Below are positions 10,103-20,043 of a DNA stretch of 64,000 nucleotides, piece after piece (within the stretch, counting starts at the first letter, position 1; each line of letters starts with the position of its first letter). Below the pieces are notes generated by a model. It was not told where the DNA came from. It did not search any database and saw only the letters and a program-made list of their open reading frames with translations. The DNA comes from a virus (lineage: Duplodnaviria > Caudoviricetes), in the IMG/VR virus record IMGVR_UViG_3300032266_000589. One strand, given 5' to 3'. Both the position numbers and the translations under genes were made by a program.

Positions 10103-10755
10103 TATGCACCTAGAACACTTCTAAATATGGCAGCTATTTCTGACTCTTGGGCCGCTCCAACTAATGCTCGCGTTATGAAATTGTTTGTATCTATGCCTGA
10201 AAATTGCGGTGGTACTCTAAACGCTCCACCGCTAATCATATGTCCTAGACCAGATCGGCCAACTCCAGATTTGGGATCATATTGATAATTTACAATGATT
10301 ATGCTGTCTCCGCGTTTTAGTAGCCAATCCATCCAATGTAAATCGCCGCCGCTAATAGATGTGTGACCCTGTGGTATATTTAGTATGTTGAGAAAATTTG
10401 CTGGTTGAAATTCTACTGTAATACCGCCCTGAAGCTTGTTATTAAATTTGGTTATTTTAACTGTGATAGAATCTTTTACTGCATTGATAACACTACTAGT
10501 TACAGACATGGCTTGACCGGGAAGTAAACCAAATTGTCCAGCCAAAGAATCTGGAGATGAACTATTTAGTGAAATTATTTCTGGTTGTGCTAAAATCCAT
10601 CCATTTATAAGTGCTTGGCACTTTTGTAAAATTTCTGTTCTTTTATTACCTATCTCTTTGTTTGCTAAATCTGCAATAGCCTCATTTACTTTTTTTTCTA
10701 TGACATCTATAGAGTCTAATAGCTTTAGGCTTATCATACTCTTTTCCAAAAACAA
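10102..10755 (-). CDS. Putative neck/virion morphogenesis protein (likely start ATG 10737)
   Basis: ORF translationally coupled within the head-tail joining cluster. Confidence 0.6.
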   Translation of the reverse strand: MFLEKSMISLKLLDSIDVIEKKVNEAIADLANKEIGNKRTEILQKCQALINGWILAQPEIISLNSSSPDSLAGQFGLLPGQAMSVTSSVINAVKDSITVKITKFNNKLQGGITVEFQPANFLNILNIPQGHTSISGGDLHWMDWLLKRGDSIIIVNYQYDPKSGVGRSGLGHMISGGAFRVPPQFSGIDTNNFITRALVGAAQESEIAAIFRSVLGA

Positions 10756-11219
10756 GCAAAATATCGATCTTGTTTGATGCCTATTGGAATAAATTCACCA
10801 ATTCTTTCAAACCTTATTACTTTGTAGTCTTTAATTCCATTGTGAGCTATCAACTGTTTAGCTTTTAATACAGATGGTAAATCTGTCATAAGACCAATTG
10901 TTTGAATAGAACCGTCAGGTATTTTAATATCGCTAGTGACATTAATCCACTGCCTAGAATCCCAGTACACTTTTAATTGAATATCGGTCAAAGTCTCAAC
11001 CTCTTTGAAGGTTTTGTGACCAACATCATACACTGAGTTTCCACCAGTTCTATGAGCATTAAGTGAATTTTTATTAGGCGCGTTATTGTTTGGATTGTAG
11101 ACTATTTCTTCAATTTTATTGATAGATACTAACTGACATGTAACTCCGAAAATATCAAACGTTGAGTCAAGTAACTCATAGTATTTATCAAACACAGATT
11201 GAGAGATATTTAAACCCAT
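10734..11219 (-). CDS. Putative head closure/neck protein
   Basis: 161-aa beta-rich ORF in the head-tail joining position. Confidence 0.5.
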   Translation of the reverse strand: MGLNISQSVFDKYYELLDSTFDIFGVTCQLVSINKIEEIVYNPNNNAPNKNSLNAHRTGGNSVYDVGHKTFKEVETLTDIQLKVYWDSRQWINVTSDIKIPDGSIQTIGLMTDLPSVLKAKQLIAHNGIKDYKVIRFERIGEFIPIGIKQDRYFACFWKRV

Positions 11220-12586
11220 TATACTATTACTTTGTGTGCCGTGATGTAGAAATCTAGAGTTTGACTCGTTGAAGAAGAATTTCCGCAGTTATAAAATACA
11301 GACGAAATAGTGTTAGTTCCACTTGGGAATGAATAAGTTAATAGTACGTTTCCATTAAGTTTGGCACTTGGACTTACATTTACAGCGTATGGCTGACCAG
11401 CTATAATTCCAGAAACATTGAAAGATGTTTCATAAGTGGTATTTGCAGAAATAACTGGTATAGTTTTATTTACTACTTTGTAAATTGGTGTAATATTGCT
11501 AATATCACCAGATGTTGTAATGATAAAGTCTTCTAGTCTGCCAGAAGCTGCAATAACATAATCATCAAATCTACTTTCACCACTAGCAATTGACTCATTA
11601 ATTAAAGCGATACCGCTGTTGTGTTGCTGTTGCAATGCACCAGATACGGCGGTTATTCTATTTGTCAAATTTGTATTCAAGGCTCCAGATGCGCCAGTAA
11701 GCTGTGTAAATGTTGCATATATGCTAGTTAAATCTGGAATATCTTCTAAGACTAAGGTTCTAAAACTTGGATATCCCGGTTGACACGGTGGTGTGCATGA
11801 TGCTGGAGGTCCAGCAAAAACACTGCCAGCATTTTGTTTTTTAAGCAGAATGTACTGATTAACAACACCACTTAGTTCTAGAACAGCATCGCTACCAGTT
11901 AATTGACCTATAAGACTTTGAGAATAAGCATGTGCATCAAGCCTATTCTTTTCAAAGTGTTGAAACTGGGTGCCGCCGGGATAAGTTGACTCATTGCCGT
12001 TTTGTTCTTGAAAATATACGCCAGTTGAGCCAACATAATATCCAGAAGCACGAATCGCTGAACTAACACCACCACCCCCACCAAGATCAATGCCATAAGT
12101 AGGAGCAGTTCTTTGCAAGCCTAAAGATTTAAAGTCGGCATCCCAAATAATGTTTGGGTCATAATTAAGAATGTTTTCTGAATCCCAAACTGCCAAACCT
12201 TTACGTTGTGGAACACGTAAGCTACCTAGACCAGAACCCATCATAACAGCATGGGTAGCTGGATATGTAACATAAACTTCTTTAGTTCCCGGTGGAAAGC
12301 TGACTAAACCGTTACCATTGCTACTTCTAATAGGAGTTCTATTAGATAGTGTATCGTAAGTAATTCCATCCCCATTATCATAATCTGCTCTTAGTAAAGT
12401 ACCAGAACCAACTTCATAATTTGTGCCATCTGTAACAGCATAAATTATTGGCGAATTATGGCTATAAACCGAAGCAAAAGAACTAAAACCAACAGCGGCT
12501 CCAGCTAAACCAAGATTACCAGTGCCTACCGTGTAGCTGACTTCTTTAATGCGATCATATAGATTAACTAGATTTTGATTAGGCAC
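11219..12586 (-). CDS. Virion fibre/appendage protein
   Basis: 455 aa; the N-terminal DRIKEVS..VGTG...EVGSG module is shared with 16265..18655; SG repeats. Confidence 0.7.
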   Translation of the reverse strand: MPNQNLVNLYDRIKEVSYTVGTGNLGLAGAAVGFSSFASVYSHNSPIIYAVTDGTNYEVGSGTLLRADYDNGDGITYDTLSNRTPIRSSNGNGLVSFPPGTKEVYVTYPATHAVMMGSGLGSLRVPQRKGLAVWDSENILNYDPNIIWDADFKSLGLQRTAPTYGIDLGGGGGVSSAIRASGYYVGSTGVYFQEQNGNESTYPGGTQFQHFEKNRLDAHAYSQSLIGQLTGSDAVLELSGVVNQYILLKKQNAGSVFAGPPASCTPPCQPGYPSFRTLVLEDIPDLTSIYATFTQLTGASGALNTNLTNRITAVSGALQQQHNSGIALINESIASGESRFDDYVIAASGRLEDFIITTSGDISNITPIYKVVNKTIPVISANTTYETSFNVSGIIAGQPYAVNVSPSAKLNGNVLLTYSFPSGTNTISSVFYNCGNSSSTSQTLDFYITAHKVIV

Positions 12587-12602
12587 TTGTTATCTCCAAT
12601 AA

Positions 12603-13553
12603 TTATGGGTTATTTTGGATAATTACGCCAGTGGATGGTATTACACCGCTAGCATTACCAAATATCACAAGGTCATTTACTGCGGCATCAACGAATGAGC
12701 CAGCAGTATTAAGAACTTGGAAAGTGATATAATCCTTGTCTCTTTCAACAATACCAACGGTATTGTTAGAAAAATCTTCGCCACTATCATTATCGCTTCT
12801 AGCGTTACTTGTGGCAACTGCAACATAATTACCATCAGCAAAGGTATTGGGTTTAAAGAAAATCTTGAACTTGCCGGGACTTGTTGGACCAAGTGGGCGT
12901 TGTAGTTTGGCAATATTATATGAAGATAACACTTCCATGTTGCCCGAACCATTAAATCTAATCCAAGCTTGCGCTGACCCCTTGGCTGTTGGCATCATGC
13001 TGTTATCAACATCAAACTTTACAGTTGTGCCACTACCAACATGCATAATTTCTTCATCAGCATCTACATATTGGAAAGAAATACCATGCATCCTATTGGT
13101 CATTGATACGCCGCTGGCATTGATCCAATGGTTTGGGCCACCCATTCCTAGGTTTGCGTCCATATTCCTAGTACCAATAAGGTTGAGGTATTGAGTATGT
13201 GGATCGCCCAGCGTCAGACCAGCTAAACCATTATGCACAATACCGGTAGAGCCGGGGTAAGGCTCAACTTGAATACCATTATTTCCAATAACATTGGCAA
13301 ACTGTATGCCAGATTCAACAATGAGAGTACCACCCTCCACATTGGTTGGATCAGAGTCGTTTAGTTTTACTCTAACATCTTTTGCGAAGGGATGAACAGC
13401 ATCAAAATCACCACTGGCAACAATGTACTTTAAAGACTCAATAATATCCACCATATTCTGCCTAACGTCTCTGGCAGAAATAAGACCTGCGTTATTATCA
13501 GCTAGGTCTGTTTGAATATTGTTTCTGATAATCTGATCATTTAAAACGGTCAT
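12603..13553 (-). CDS. Virion structural protein
   Basis: 316 aa; the N-terminal DNNAGLISARDVRQNMVDII is paralogous to 23138..26515; HxGL..L..xDPHTQY and AQAWIRFNG fibre-type motifs. Confidence 0.7.
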   Translation of the reverse strand: MTVLNDQIIRNNIQTDLADNNAGLISARDVRQNMVDIIESLKYIVASGDFDAVHPFAKDVRVKLNDSDPTNVEGGTLIVESGIQFANVIGNNGIQVEPYPGSTGIVHNGLAGLTLGDPHTQYLNLIGTRNMDANLGMGGPNHWINASGVSMTNRMHGISFQYVDADEEIMHVGSGTTVKFDVDNSMMPTAKGSAQAWIRFNGSGNMEVLSSYNIAKLQRPLGPTSPGKFKIFFKPNTFADGNYVAVATSNARSDNDSGEDFSNNTVGIVERDKDYITFQVLNTAGSFVDAAVNDLVIFGNASGVIPSTGVIIQNNP

Positions 13554-13564
13554 TTTCTTCTCCT

Positions 13565-14086
13565 TTAGTATCTGAAATATCCACCCCTAAGATCACTATC
13601 GCTGTAATTTCTGGTAACAAAGTCGCTTGCTGGGCTATATGGACCAAGAATTGCCTTGCCAGCGATACTGTTTCCAGTGCGATAATTCATCAAGGCTTGA
13701 CTGTATTTATCGTTCAAATCTTTGTATAATGCTAATAGTGTGCTAGATACGCCACGTAAATCTATTGCAGATGGTCCGTCTTTAATAGAAATAGCATTTC
13801 CAGATTCTGTTCTGACTTCACTACCAATAATAATACATGCTGATTTTAATGTAACAAGAGTCATAAATGCATCATCTTTTGTCTCTGTGTCCGTTGGGTC
13901 TGGAGATAAAGAACATTGCTCTACGTTAATTGAGTATATATTACTAAAGTCGGTGTCAAGCATCACCAATTGCGCTGAAACAAGAATGGTTGTTTCTATG
14001 CGTTTGGGGCTGTATTTATAGTTTGCTGGCTCTATATCATTAACCAGATACCTTACCATCGTTGATATTTGACCTTGCCACGACAT
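13565..14086 (-). CDS. Putative head-tail adaptor
   Basis: 173-aa helical protein (MVRYLVND...); size and position typical of adaptor proteins. Confidence 0.55.
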   Translation of the reverse strand: MSWQGQISTMVRYLVNDIEPANYKYSPKRIETTILVSAQLVMLDTDFSNIYSINVEQCSLSPDPTDTETKDDAFMTLVTLKSACIIIGSEVRTESGNAISIKDGPSAIDLRGVSSTLLALYKDLNDKYSQALMNYRTGNSIAGKAILGPYSPASDFVTRNYSDSDLRGGYFRY

Positions 14087-14097
14087 AGTTTTCTCTT

Positions 14098-14403
14098 TTA
14101 TAGGTTACAGGATACTTGGAAGGTGTAGATATCTGTGTAATATGTACCACTTGGTAGGGCAACCCTGCCCTGTAATTTGTACAACCCCGGTTCATCAAGG
14201 TCGCCAGCAATTGTGTCATAATATACTTTTCCATCAACGCCATTTGTAAATAAGGTGCCAGATCTGTAAATAACTGTATCGTTGGGTTTTTTGAATATCA
14301 TGGATAATACTGAGGCGTTAGAAATATTAACAACCTCGCCGCTATCTTTAATAGTGGCTAAAAATCTGGTTCCAACGTCATCTACATGTATTTCGCTAGA
14401 CAT
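14098..14403 (-). CDS. BppU-like/Ig-fold virion protein
   Basis: KKPN...G...DGKVYY....GDLDEPGLYKLQG motif typical of BppU N-terminal-like domains. Confidence 0.6.
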   Translation of the reverse strand: MSSEIHVDDVGTRFLATIKDSGEVVNISNASVLSMIFKKPNDTVIYRSGTLFTNGVDGKVYYDTIAGDLDEPGLYKLQGRVALPSGTYYTDIYTFQVSCNL

Positions 14404-14672
14404 TTTATCTCTTAAACGTAATGGGTATTAATTTTAGGATAGATAATGTGCATTCTACAATGTTCATAGTGTTACCATTTGGTTCTTTTCAATATTAAGT
14501 ACCATTTCTACATGGCTAGACACTGAAGATAGAACGTTTTCACTTCTATTGATGTTTAAAACTAGATCAAAAACCTCGCCGTTGTGATATATAATATCAG
14601 AAGTGCTGAAAGGTAGTAGGCTGAAAATAAACATATTTTGCCCTGTAATCTCTAATTAGTTATACACCATAA

Positions 14673-14990
14673 CTATAGCGTGGACGATTCTACCCATAGG
14701 CCAGTATTTTCATCTAAAGTGTATCCTTCTCCGGGACAAGGTGGAACAAAAGCTCCTTCTGGAGCATTTATATCTTCTCTAAAAACATAACCTATTCCAG
14801 CATAATTTTTGCGGTATGGGGTTCCACCTCCGTTGTGAACTCCACCAACCGTATTATATGAAGTTCGTTTACAGATTTGATTACGAATATTAGAATAATA
14901 AATCTCCCAATCAGTATCTTTAGATTCATTATTTCCAACAATAACTTCTGTTACCATATTATTTTCGTCTAAAAATGCATAATGAGCCAT
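14673..14990 (-). CDS. Hypothetical protein (fibre-associated)
   Basis: MAHYAFLDENN.V..VIV...TSYN...RKNYAGIGY motif; this type of ORF commonly follows glycine-rich fibre genes in aquatic phages. Confidence 0.75.
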   Translation of the reverse strand: MAHYAFLDENNMVTEVIVGNNESKDTDWEIYYSNIRNQICKRTSYNTVGGVHNGGGTPYRKNYAGIGYVFREDINAPEGAFVPPCPGEGYTLDENTGLWVESSTL

Positions 14991-15002
14991 ATTAATATCC
15001 TT

Positions 15003-15941
15003 TTAGAAAAAAGTAACAGTATCTGTTCCTGCTGTAATTGTAATTAATTTATCTCCACTAATTGTAGAAATTGTATAAGTTAAACCTATTCCTAATCTAA
15101 TATTCAAACCAGCAGAGCATCTAATAACAACGACCCCTGAGCCACCAGTACCAGTAGCCGTAGATGCCGCAAATGCTCCGCCACCACCTCCACCCGTATT
15201 AGCTGTTCCCGCCACGGCCGCTACTCCAGAACTACCTCCTCTGCCACCACCACCTGTACCACCAGCAGAACCAAAGCGACCACCACCGCCACCACCGCAA
15301 TACGTTAAGCCAGTAATAGTTGATATTTTTCCGTTGCCACCGGAGCCGCTGCCGCCACCAACCGCGCCGGCTCCGGCACCACCGCCAGAATTAAACCCGT
15401 CGCCCTCACCACCACTAAAACCAAGACCAGTTATGGATACACCCACGAGATCTGAACCGCCGACTTGCCATGAACGACCACCACCATTTGCTCCATTACC
15501 TCCGGGACGCACATAAGGAGCATAACTTCCGTTAGTGTCGTTTATACCGCCTGATCCGCCGCCTATTGCCATAACGCTATCAAATCTAGATGCACTTCCA
15601 TAAGAACTTCTAACGCTATTTGTAACAGACCCTGCTCCGCCTGCACCAACAGTCACAGAAATAGCAATACCTAGGGTCACAGGCACAGTCTGCTCCACGA
15701 CCGCGCCACCACCACCGCCGCCGCCAACATTAGCTGATGCACCACCAGAACCGCCCGCGCCGCCGCCGCCAACAACAAGTACTCTAACGCTAGTGGGAGC
15801 AGTAACGCCGTTAACGCCATATGGTACTGAGGCAATTGTTGCATTTCCAATAGAGTAAATTCCCTGATTCATTATAAGTCTGCTCCTAAAGCTGTAACAT
15901 GTGTTGCTTGCGCTACTGAAGTTGTTACTCTTATTGACCAT
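15003..15941 (-). CDS. Glycine-rich domain virion protein (likely start near 15871)
   Basis: VLVVGGGGAGG...GGGGGG...ANTGGGGGG...GGSGVVVIR glycine-rich pattern. Confidence 0.8.
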   Translation of the reverse strand: MVNKSNNFSSASNTCYSFRSRLIMNQGIYSIGNATIASVPYGVNGVTAPTSVRVLVVGGGGAGGSGGASANVGGGGGGGAVVEQTVPVTLGIAISVTVGAGGAGSVTNSVRSSYGSASRFDSVMAIGGGSGGINDTNGSYAPYVRPGGNGANGGGRSWQVGGSDLVGVSITGLGFSGGEGDGFNSGGGAGAGAVGGGSGSGGNGKISTITGLTYCGGGGGGRFGSAGGTGGGGRGGSSGVAAVAGTANTGGGGGGAFAASTATGTGGSGVVVIRCSAGLNIRLGIGLTYTISTISGDKLITITAGTDTVTFF

Positions 15942-16255
15942 GAAGCACTTAGTAAAATCAAATTATTATATGTGGTACTTACTCTGGTTTGCTGAACAGT
16001 CGCAGAACCAGTTGCCGCAGCTACTGTAACTTCATCAAACAAAAAGTATGTTGACCCATCATGTAAAAATATTCTAACAATAGCAGCAGCACTTGTTGCT
16101 GCACACTTAACTACTATTTCAGAAACTCTGGTTCCTGTACTAGCTCCCGTTATTAATGTTCCAACATTCGTTGGTGCTGTATAACTAGCTTCAGCAGTAG
16201 CTATAGAAACATTTCCTATTCTGGGTGTTACCGCAAAAACTGGACTAGCTGCCAT
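15872..16255 (-). CDS. Small virion structural protein
   Basis: 127-aa Ala/Thr-rich beta protein with a GGAG SD. Confidence 0.75.
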   Translation of the reverse strand: MAASPVFAVTPRIGNVSIATAEASYTAPTNVGTLITGASTGTRVSEIVVKCAATSAAAIVRIFLHDGSTYFLFDEVTVAAATGSATVQQTRVSTTYNNLILLSASWSIRVTTSVAQATHVTALGADL

Positions 16256-16264
16256 GATAATCTC

Positions 16265-18655
16265 CTATCTAAAAGTTGACCATAAATAAAGATTTGTGCT
16301 ATTAATTACGTTGATGGGTATACTATTTATAACACTACTATTAAAAAATGCTAGTGATCCATCACCCCTTAGGTATTGAGAAGAGGTTCCCCCTTGAGTA
16401 ATGAACTTATCTGCATTAATATATTGAAAATAATCGATAGAATTAGTAGATCCACCAGTTGCAGACAACGCTACTAGTGTTGAATTTGTTTTATCATATA
16501 CGCAATTTAATATTGAATAAAATCCACTTAGTACAACTGGGGCGACATTACTTAATGCCGAAGTTAGCATTTGACAGTTGGCTAAAGTAATGATACTTGA
16601 AGAGGCTGATGTGATAGCATTTGTCACAGCAGCAACTACTATAGAATCTACAAGACTTAAAGTTCCAGAAGTTAAAACTGGAGCCACAGTAACAGCGCTT
16701 TTAATAATTATATTTGCGCTAGCATTATTTACTGTTGTAAAATTTGGATTACCACCAAAAATAGCAACTAAACCTGCACCAGTAATACTTGCGGAGCCAT
16801 AGTCACATAAACGAAGAACAGTGTAGTCGGCGTTACTGCTTTTTGTAAGTGTGCCAGAAATCTCACAATTTAAAATATTTACATTTCCTGCACCAGTTGG
16901 CGTAGCTATGGTCAGGTTTGTCATCTTTATTCCAGCAATTGTACAACCAGTATTTGTGCTTAATGTTCCAGAAAGTACTATATTACCGCCAATAAGCCCC
17001 GGACCAGTTATAGTTGTATATTGAACTGTTATTGATGGATTTTCAGTATAAGTACCGGGATGAACAATAATTGTTTTGCGTTGAGATCCTACTAAAGTTA
17101 AAGCCTTGGTAATACTAGCAACTGGATTTAATAAGTCACCATTACCAGTAGTATCATTTCCATCTATTTGGCTAACGTGGATTTCATAGTCATAACCACC
17201 ATTAATTAATGGAATTCCACTAACTGTTAATGAAGTAAAGTTACCGCTTGGTGCGCTAATGTTCCCTGTAAATATTGCTCCGCTTAAAGCGGCTTTTGAT
17301 CCTAGTCCAGAAGCTACAGTTGTTGAAAAGTTAGCATCACTTCCTAGAGCTAATGCTAATTCATTTAATGTATCTAGTGTAGATGGAGCAGAAGCTACTA
17401 AATTACTAATTTCTGTTCTAACAAATGATGTTGATGCAATTTGATTAGTATTTGTACCACTTGAAGCTGTTGGTGTTAATGGTACTCCAGTTAATGTGGG
17501 ACTACTAAGAGGAGCATATACGCCACTAACTAGTCCACTTACACTTGAATTAAAATCTGTTATGTTGCTTGCGGTATGGGTATGTGATAAAGCCGCATAA
17601 CTACCGCTAGCTTGTTTACCATCTAGTGCTGACTGTAGGCCACTTACACTGGATATAGCATGTGTATGATTTGAGGAAGCGTAATTACCGCTTGCCTGTT
17701 TTGAGTCAAGAGCGGTCTGTAATCCACTAACGTCTGAAATATTATGATTATGAGAAAGTGGGGTTCTTGCATCAGATAATCTTGCGTCTGTTGTTCTAAC
17801 TATATTATTAGAGAGTCTGCTATCTGATAGCACTCCCGTGGTAAGCAAGCTAGCATCAACGGTTGGTGGTGCATAGGTATTTACCGCAGAAGCAAAGTCT
17901 GTAATATCAGAAGCTAGGTGGGTATGTGTGCTTGATGCGTAACTGCCAGAAGCCTGTTTATTATTTAATGCTGACTGTAAACCGCTTACATCGGCAATCA
18001 AATGTTGATGATTAAACAAAGCATAATTACCGCTGGCCTGCTTAGAATCTAAAGAAGATTGTAGATTTTGTACATCTGAAACAACGTGAGAATGAACGCT
18101 AGAAGCATATGATCCAGTTGGCTGTTTAGAATCTAATGCATTTTGTAAAGTTGTAATATCTGATATAGGATGAGTATGTGGATTTGGGTTGCGACTATCA
18201 GATAATCTACTATCATTAGAATAAACAATGCTGGTTGGTAAAATAGATGTAGAAACAATGCCACTCAATAAGGCGGTATCAATAACTGTACTGCTAGGAA
18301 ATACTATGCCGTTATAATTGGGGCTTGGTGAGTTAATGCGACCATTATCCAAAAGTACAGCTTGACTAGCCGGATAGCAACAAAAAACTATAGATACGCC
18401 ATCTAGTGAGATTCTTTGATTATTATTAGTGCTACTGAAAACTAAATCTCTAGACAGAGTATTATTATTAGCATTATATGTTCCAACACCAACTTCAAAA
18501 TTACTATTATTTTCTATGGTATAATATGTAGAATTGCCATCACCAATTGTGCTAGCAAAAGTCTGGAAAGCCCCAAAAGCACCCGCTAGTGCGATTTCTA
18601 GACCGTTTCCAACCGTAATAGATGTTTCTTTGACTCTATCAGCTAATTTTAACAT
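16265..18655 (-). CDS. Tail fibre protein with HxH repeats and C-terminal beta-helix-like domain
   Basis: MLKLADRVKET N-terminus; about 7 degenerate HTH..S.V..LQ.ALD.KQASG.YA repeats; APLSSPTLTGVP / LDTLNELA.ALG.D.NF fibre motifs; GND..G.G...P...I..AL beta-helix cap. Confidence 0.85.
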   Translation of the reverse strand: MLKLADRVKETSITVGNGLEIALAGAFGAFQTFASTIGDGNSTYYTIENNSNFEVGVGTYNANNNTLSRDLVFSSTNNNQRISLDGVSIVFCCYPASQAVLLDNGRINSPSPNYNGIVFPSSTVIDTALLSGIVSTSILPTSIVYSNDSRLSDSRNPNPHTHPISDITTLQNALDSKQPTGSYASSVHSHVVSDVQNLQSSLDSKQASGNYALFNHQHLIADVSGLQSALNNKQASGSYASSTHTHLASDITDFASAVNTYAPPTVDASLLTTGVLSDSRLSNNIVRTTDARLSDARTPLSHNHNISDVSGLQTALDSKQASGNYASSNHTHAISSVSGLQSALDGKQASGSYAALSHTHTASNITDFNSSVSGLVSGVYAPLSSPTLTGVPLTPTASSGTNTNQIASTSFVRTEISNLVASAPSTLDTLNELALALGSDANFSTTVASGLGSKAALSGAIFTGNISAPSGNFTSLTVSGIPLINGGYDYEIHVSQIDGNDTTGNGDLLNPVASITKALTLVGSQRKTIIVHPGTYTENPSITVQYTTITGPGLIGGNIVLSGTLSTNTGCTIAGIKMTNLTIATPTGAGNVNILNCEISGTLTKSSNADYTVLRLCDYGSASITGAGLVAIFGGNPNFTTVNNASANIIIKSAVTVAPVLTSGTLSLVDSIVVAAVTNAITSASSSIITLANCQMLTSALSNVAPVVLSGFYSILNCVYDKTNSTLVALSATGGSTNSIDYFQYINADKFITQGGTSSQYLRGDGSLAFFNSSVINSIPINVINSTNLYLWSTFR

Positions 18656-18691
18656 AGTGTTTCTTAATTGGTTAAGGATTTATACTAGTTT

Positions 18692-19219
18692 TTACACCCT
18701 TTTGGCTTTTTTAATAGTCAAATTTAGCATTATTTTAGCCCCGATATGCGAAAAAAGTAAATTTCTTTTGTTAGCCTCTTCCTCTAGCCATCCAATTATT
18801 GTGTCCTTATTATCTTCACACCACTGTATACCGTTTTCATTCATGGTTTTTGCCCTAGCGTTACAAGAGCAAGTTGGCGAAGCCGTTATTCCTATTAGCT
18901 TTAAAAGCTTTTTTAACTCTGTTCCAACGCCGCTTTCTATTTCTACTTTTTGAACTTTTGGAGAACTTGGATAACTTGGGTGAGATGTGTCTATAGTCCA
19001 ATCGTCTCCATCTTGTTCGACAACGCATGGCATAACTTCTTCGATAGAATATCCGCGCTCTGCGCATCTAAATATTAAGTTTTTTTTGTGTGTTGTGATT
19101 TTCATATTATGATGATGAAATTTGCATATCGCATGGTGGTAAAGTTGTAGTAACTGGATTAAATGTAGTTGTTGTTGTAGTGGTTGTAGTGGGCTGAATA
19201 ACAAATAGCGTTGCGGCAT
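18692..19219 (-). CDS. Hypothetical Cys-containing protein (likely start ATG 19105)
   Basis: GVGTELKKLL..IGI....CSC..R...MN motif; similar to 55858..56094. Confidence 0.7.
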   Translation of the reverse strand: MPQRYLLFSPLQPLQQQLHLIQLLQLYHHAICKFHHHNMKITTHKKNLIFRCAERGYSIEEVMPCVVEQDGDDWTIDTSHPSYPSSPKVQKVEIESGVGTELKKLLKLIGITASPTCSCNARAKTMNENGIQWCEDNKDTIIGWLEEEANKRNLLFSHIGAKIMLNLTIKKAKRV

Positions 19220-20042
19220 TACTGTATGTAATCTTTGGTTCTACAGTAACCACTCTGTATTTTGTATTGTTCATTGGGAGAGTAGCTAAAACTACTAACG
19301 TGTGAACCTTTCTTGATTTACCTTCTAGTAAACGAGACGCTTTTTGCCAAGATGATCCATTATCTGTAGATTTTTCCCACCAGTATTTAAAATCTTTGTC
19401 ATACATTGTTATAGCGCTAAATGAAAATGTCGCTTTATTATTAGCGTTAACAATTTGATTTGTTGGACTAGTTAAAAATTCTATTGTGAAAGGTTCGGGA
19501 GTAGTTGTGGTTGTTGTAGTTGGAAGAACGTAGTATTGCTCTAAAGGAACACATAGTAATCTTGGCCCAACTATATCTATCTCAGATGGTAATTTATCAC
19601 AACATGGATCAGATCCATTATCGCACAAACTATTTATTTCAATAATGATAGCATTTTCATACAGATCAATACTAGAATGTAAATCTAACACTATATTGTT
19701 TATTGTAGTTGCTTCATTGTATTTTCCAATGTATTGAGTTCCAAGAATAGTTTTGCTGAATTTATCTTTCACAACAACCTGTATAACATTTTTGACAGTC
19801 ATAGGTAAATCATAAGATATAGCCATTTTGATTGGCGTTGTATGTACTCTTATAATTGGAGTAACGGTAACAAACTTTTCACCAGACTCCAAGTAAATAT
19901 CTTGAGAGTGTAATAAATCTAATTCTAAATTTGCTATATGAACATATAAACCAGAAGTAGAAAAAGCTCTACCTTTAGGTAAGTACAATGATCCACATGG
20001 ACATTGCGGTGCAACCGTTGTTGTTATTGGTACAGATGTCAT
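19107..20042 (-). CDS. Thr-tract virion protein with Ig-like domain
   Basis: Poly-Thr linkers flank P.NQ.V..N..ATFS...Y.WEKS.DNG..W (Ig-like). Confidence 0.75.
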   Translation of the reverse strand: MTSVPITTTVAPQCPCGSLYLPKGRAFSTSGLYVHIANLELDLLHSQDIYLESGEKFVTVTPIIRVHTTPIKMAISYDLPMTVKNVIQVVVKDKFSKTILGTQYIGKYNEATTINNIVLDLHSSIDLYENAIIIEINSLCDNGSDPCCDKLPSEIDIVGPRLLCVPLEQYYVLPTTTTTTTPEPFTIEFLTSPTNQIVNANNKATFSFSAITMYDKDFKYWWEKSTDNGSSWQKASRLLEGKSRKVHTLVVLATLPMNNTKYRVVTVEPKITYSNAATLFVIQPTTTTTTTTTFNPVTTTLPPCDMQISSS

Positions 20043-20043
20043 T

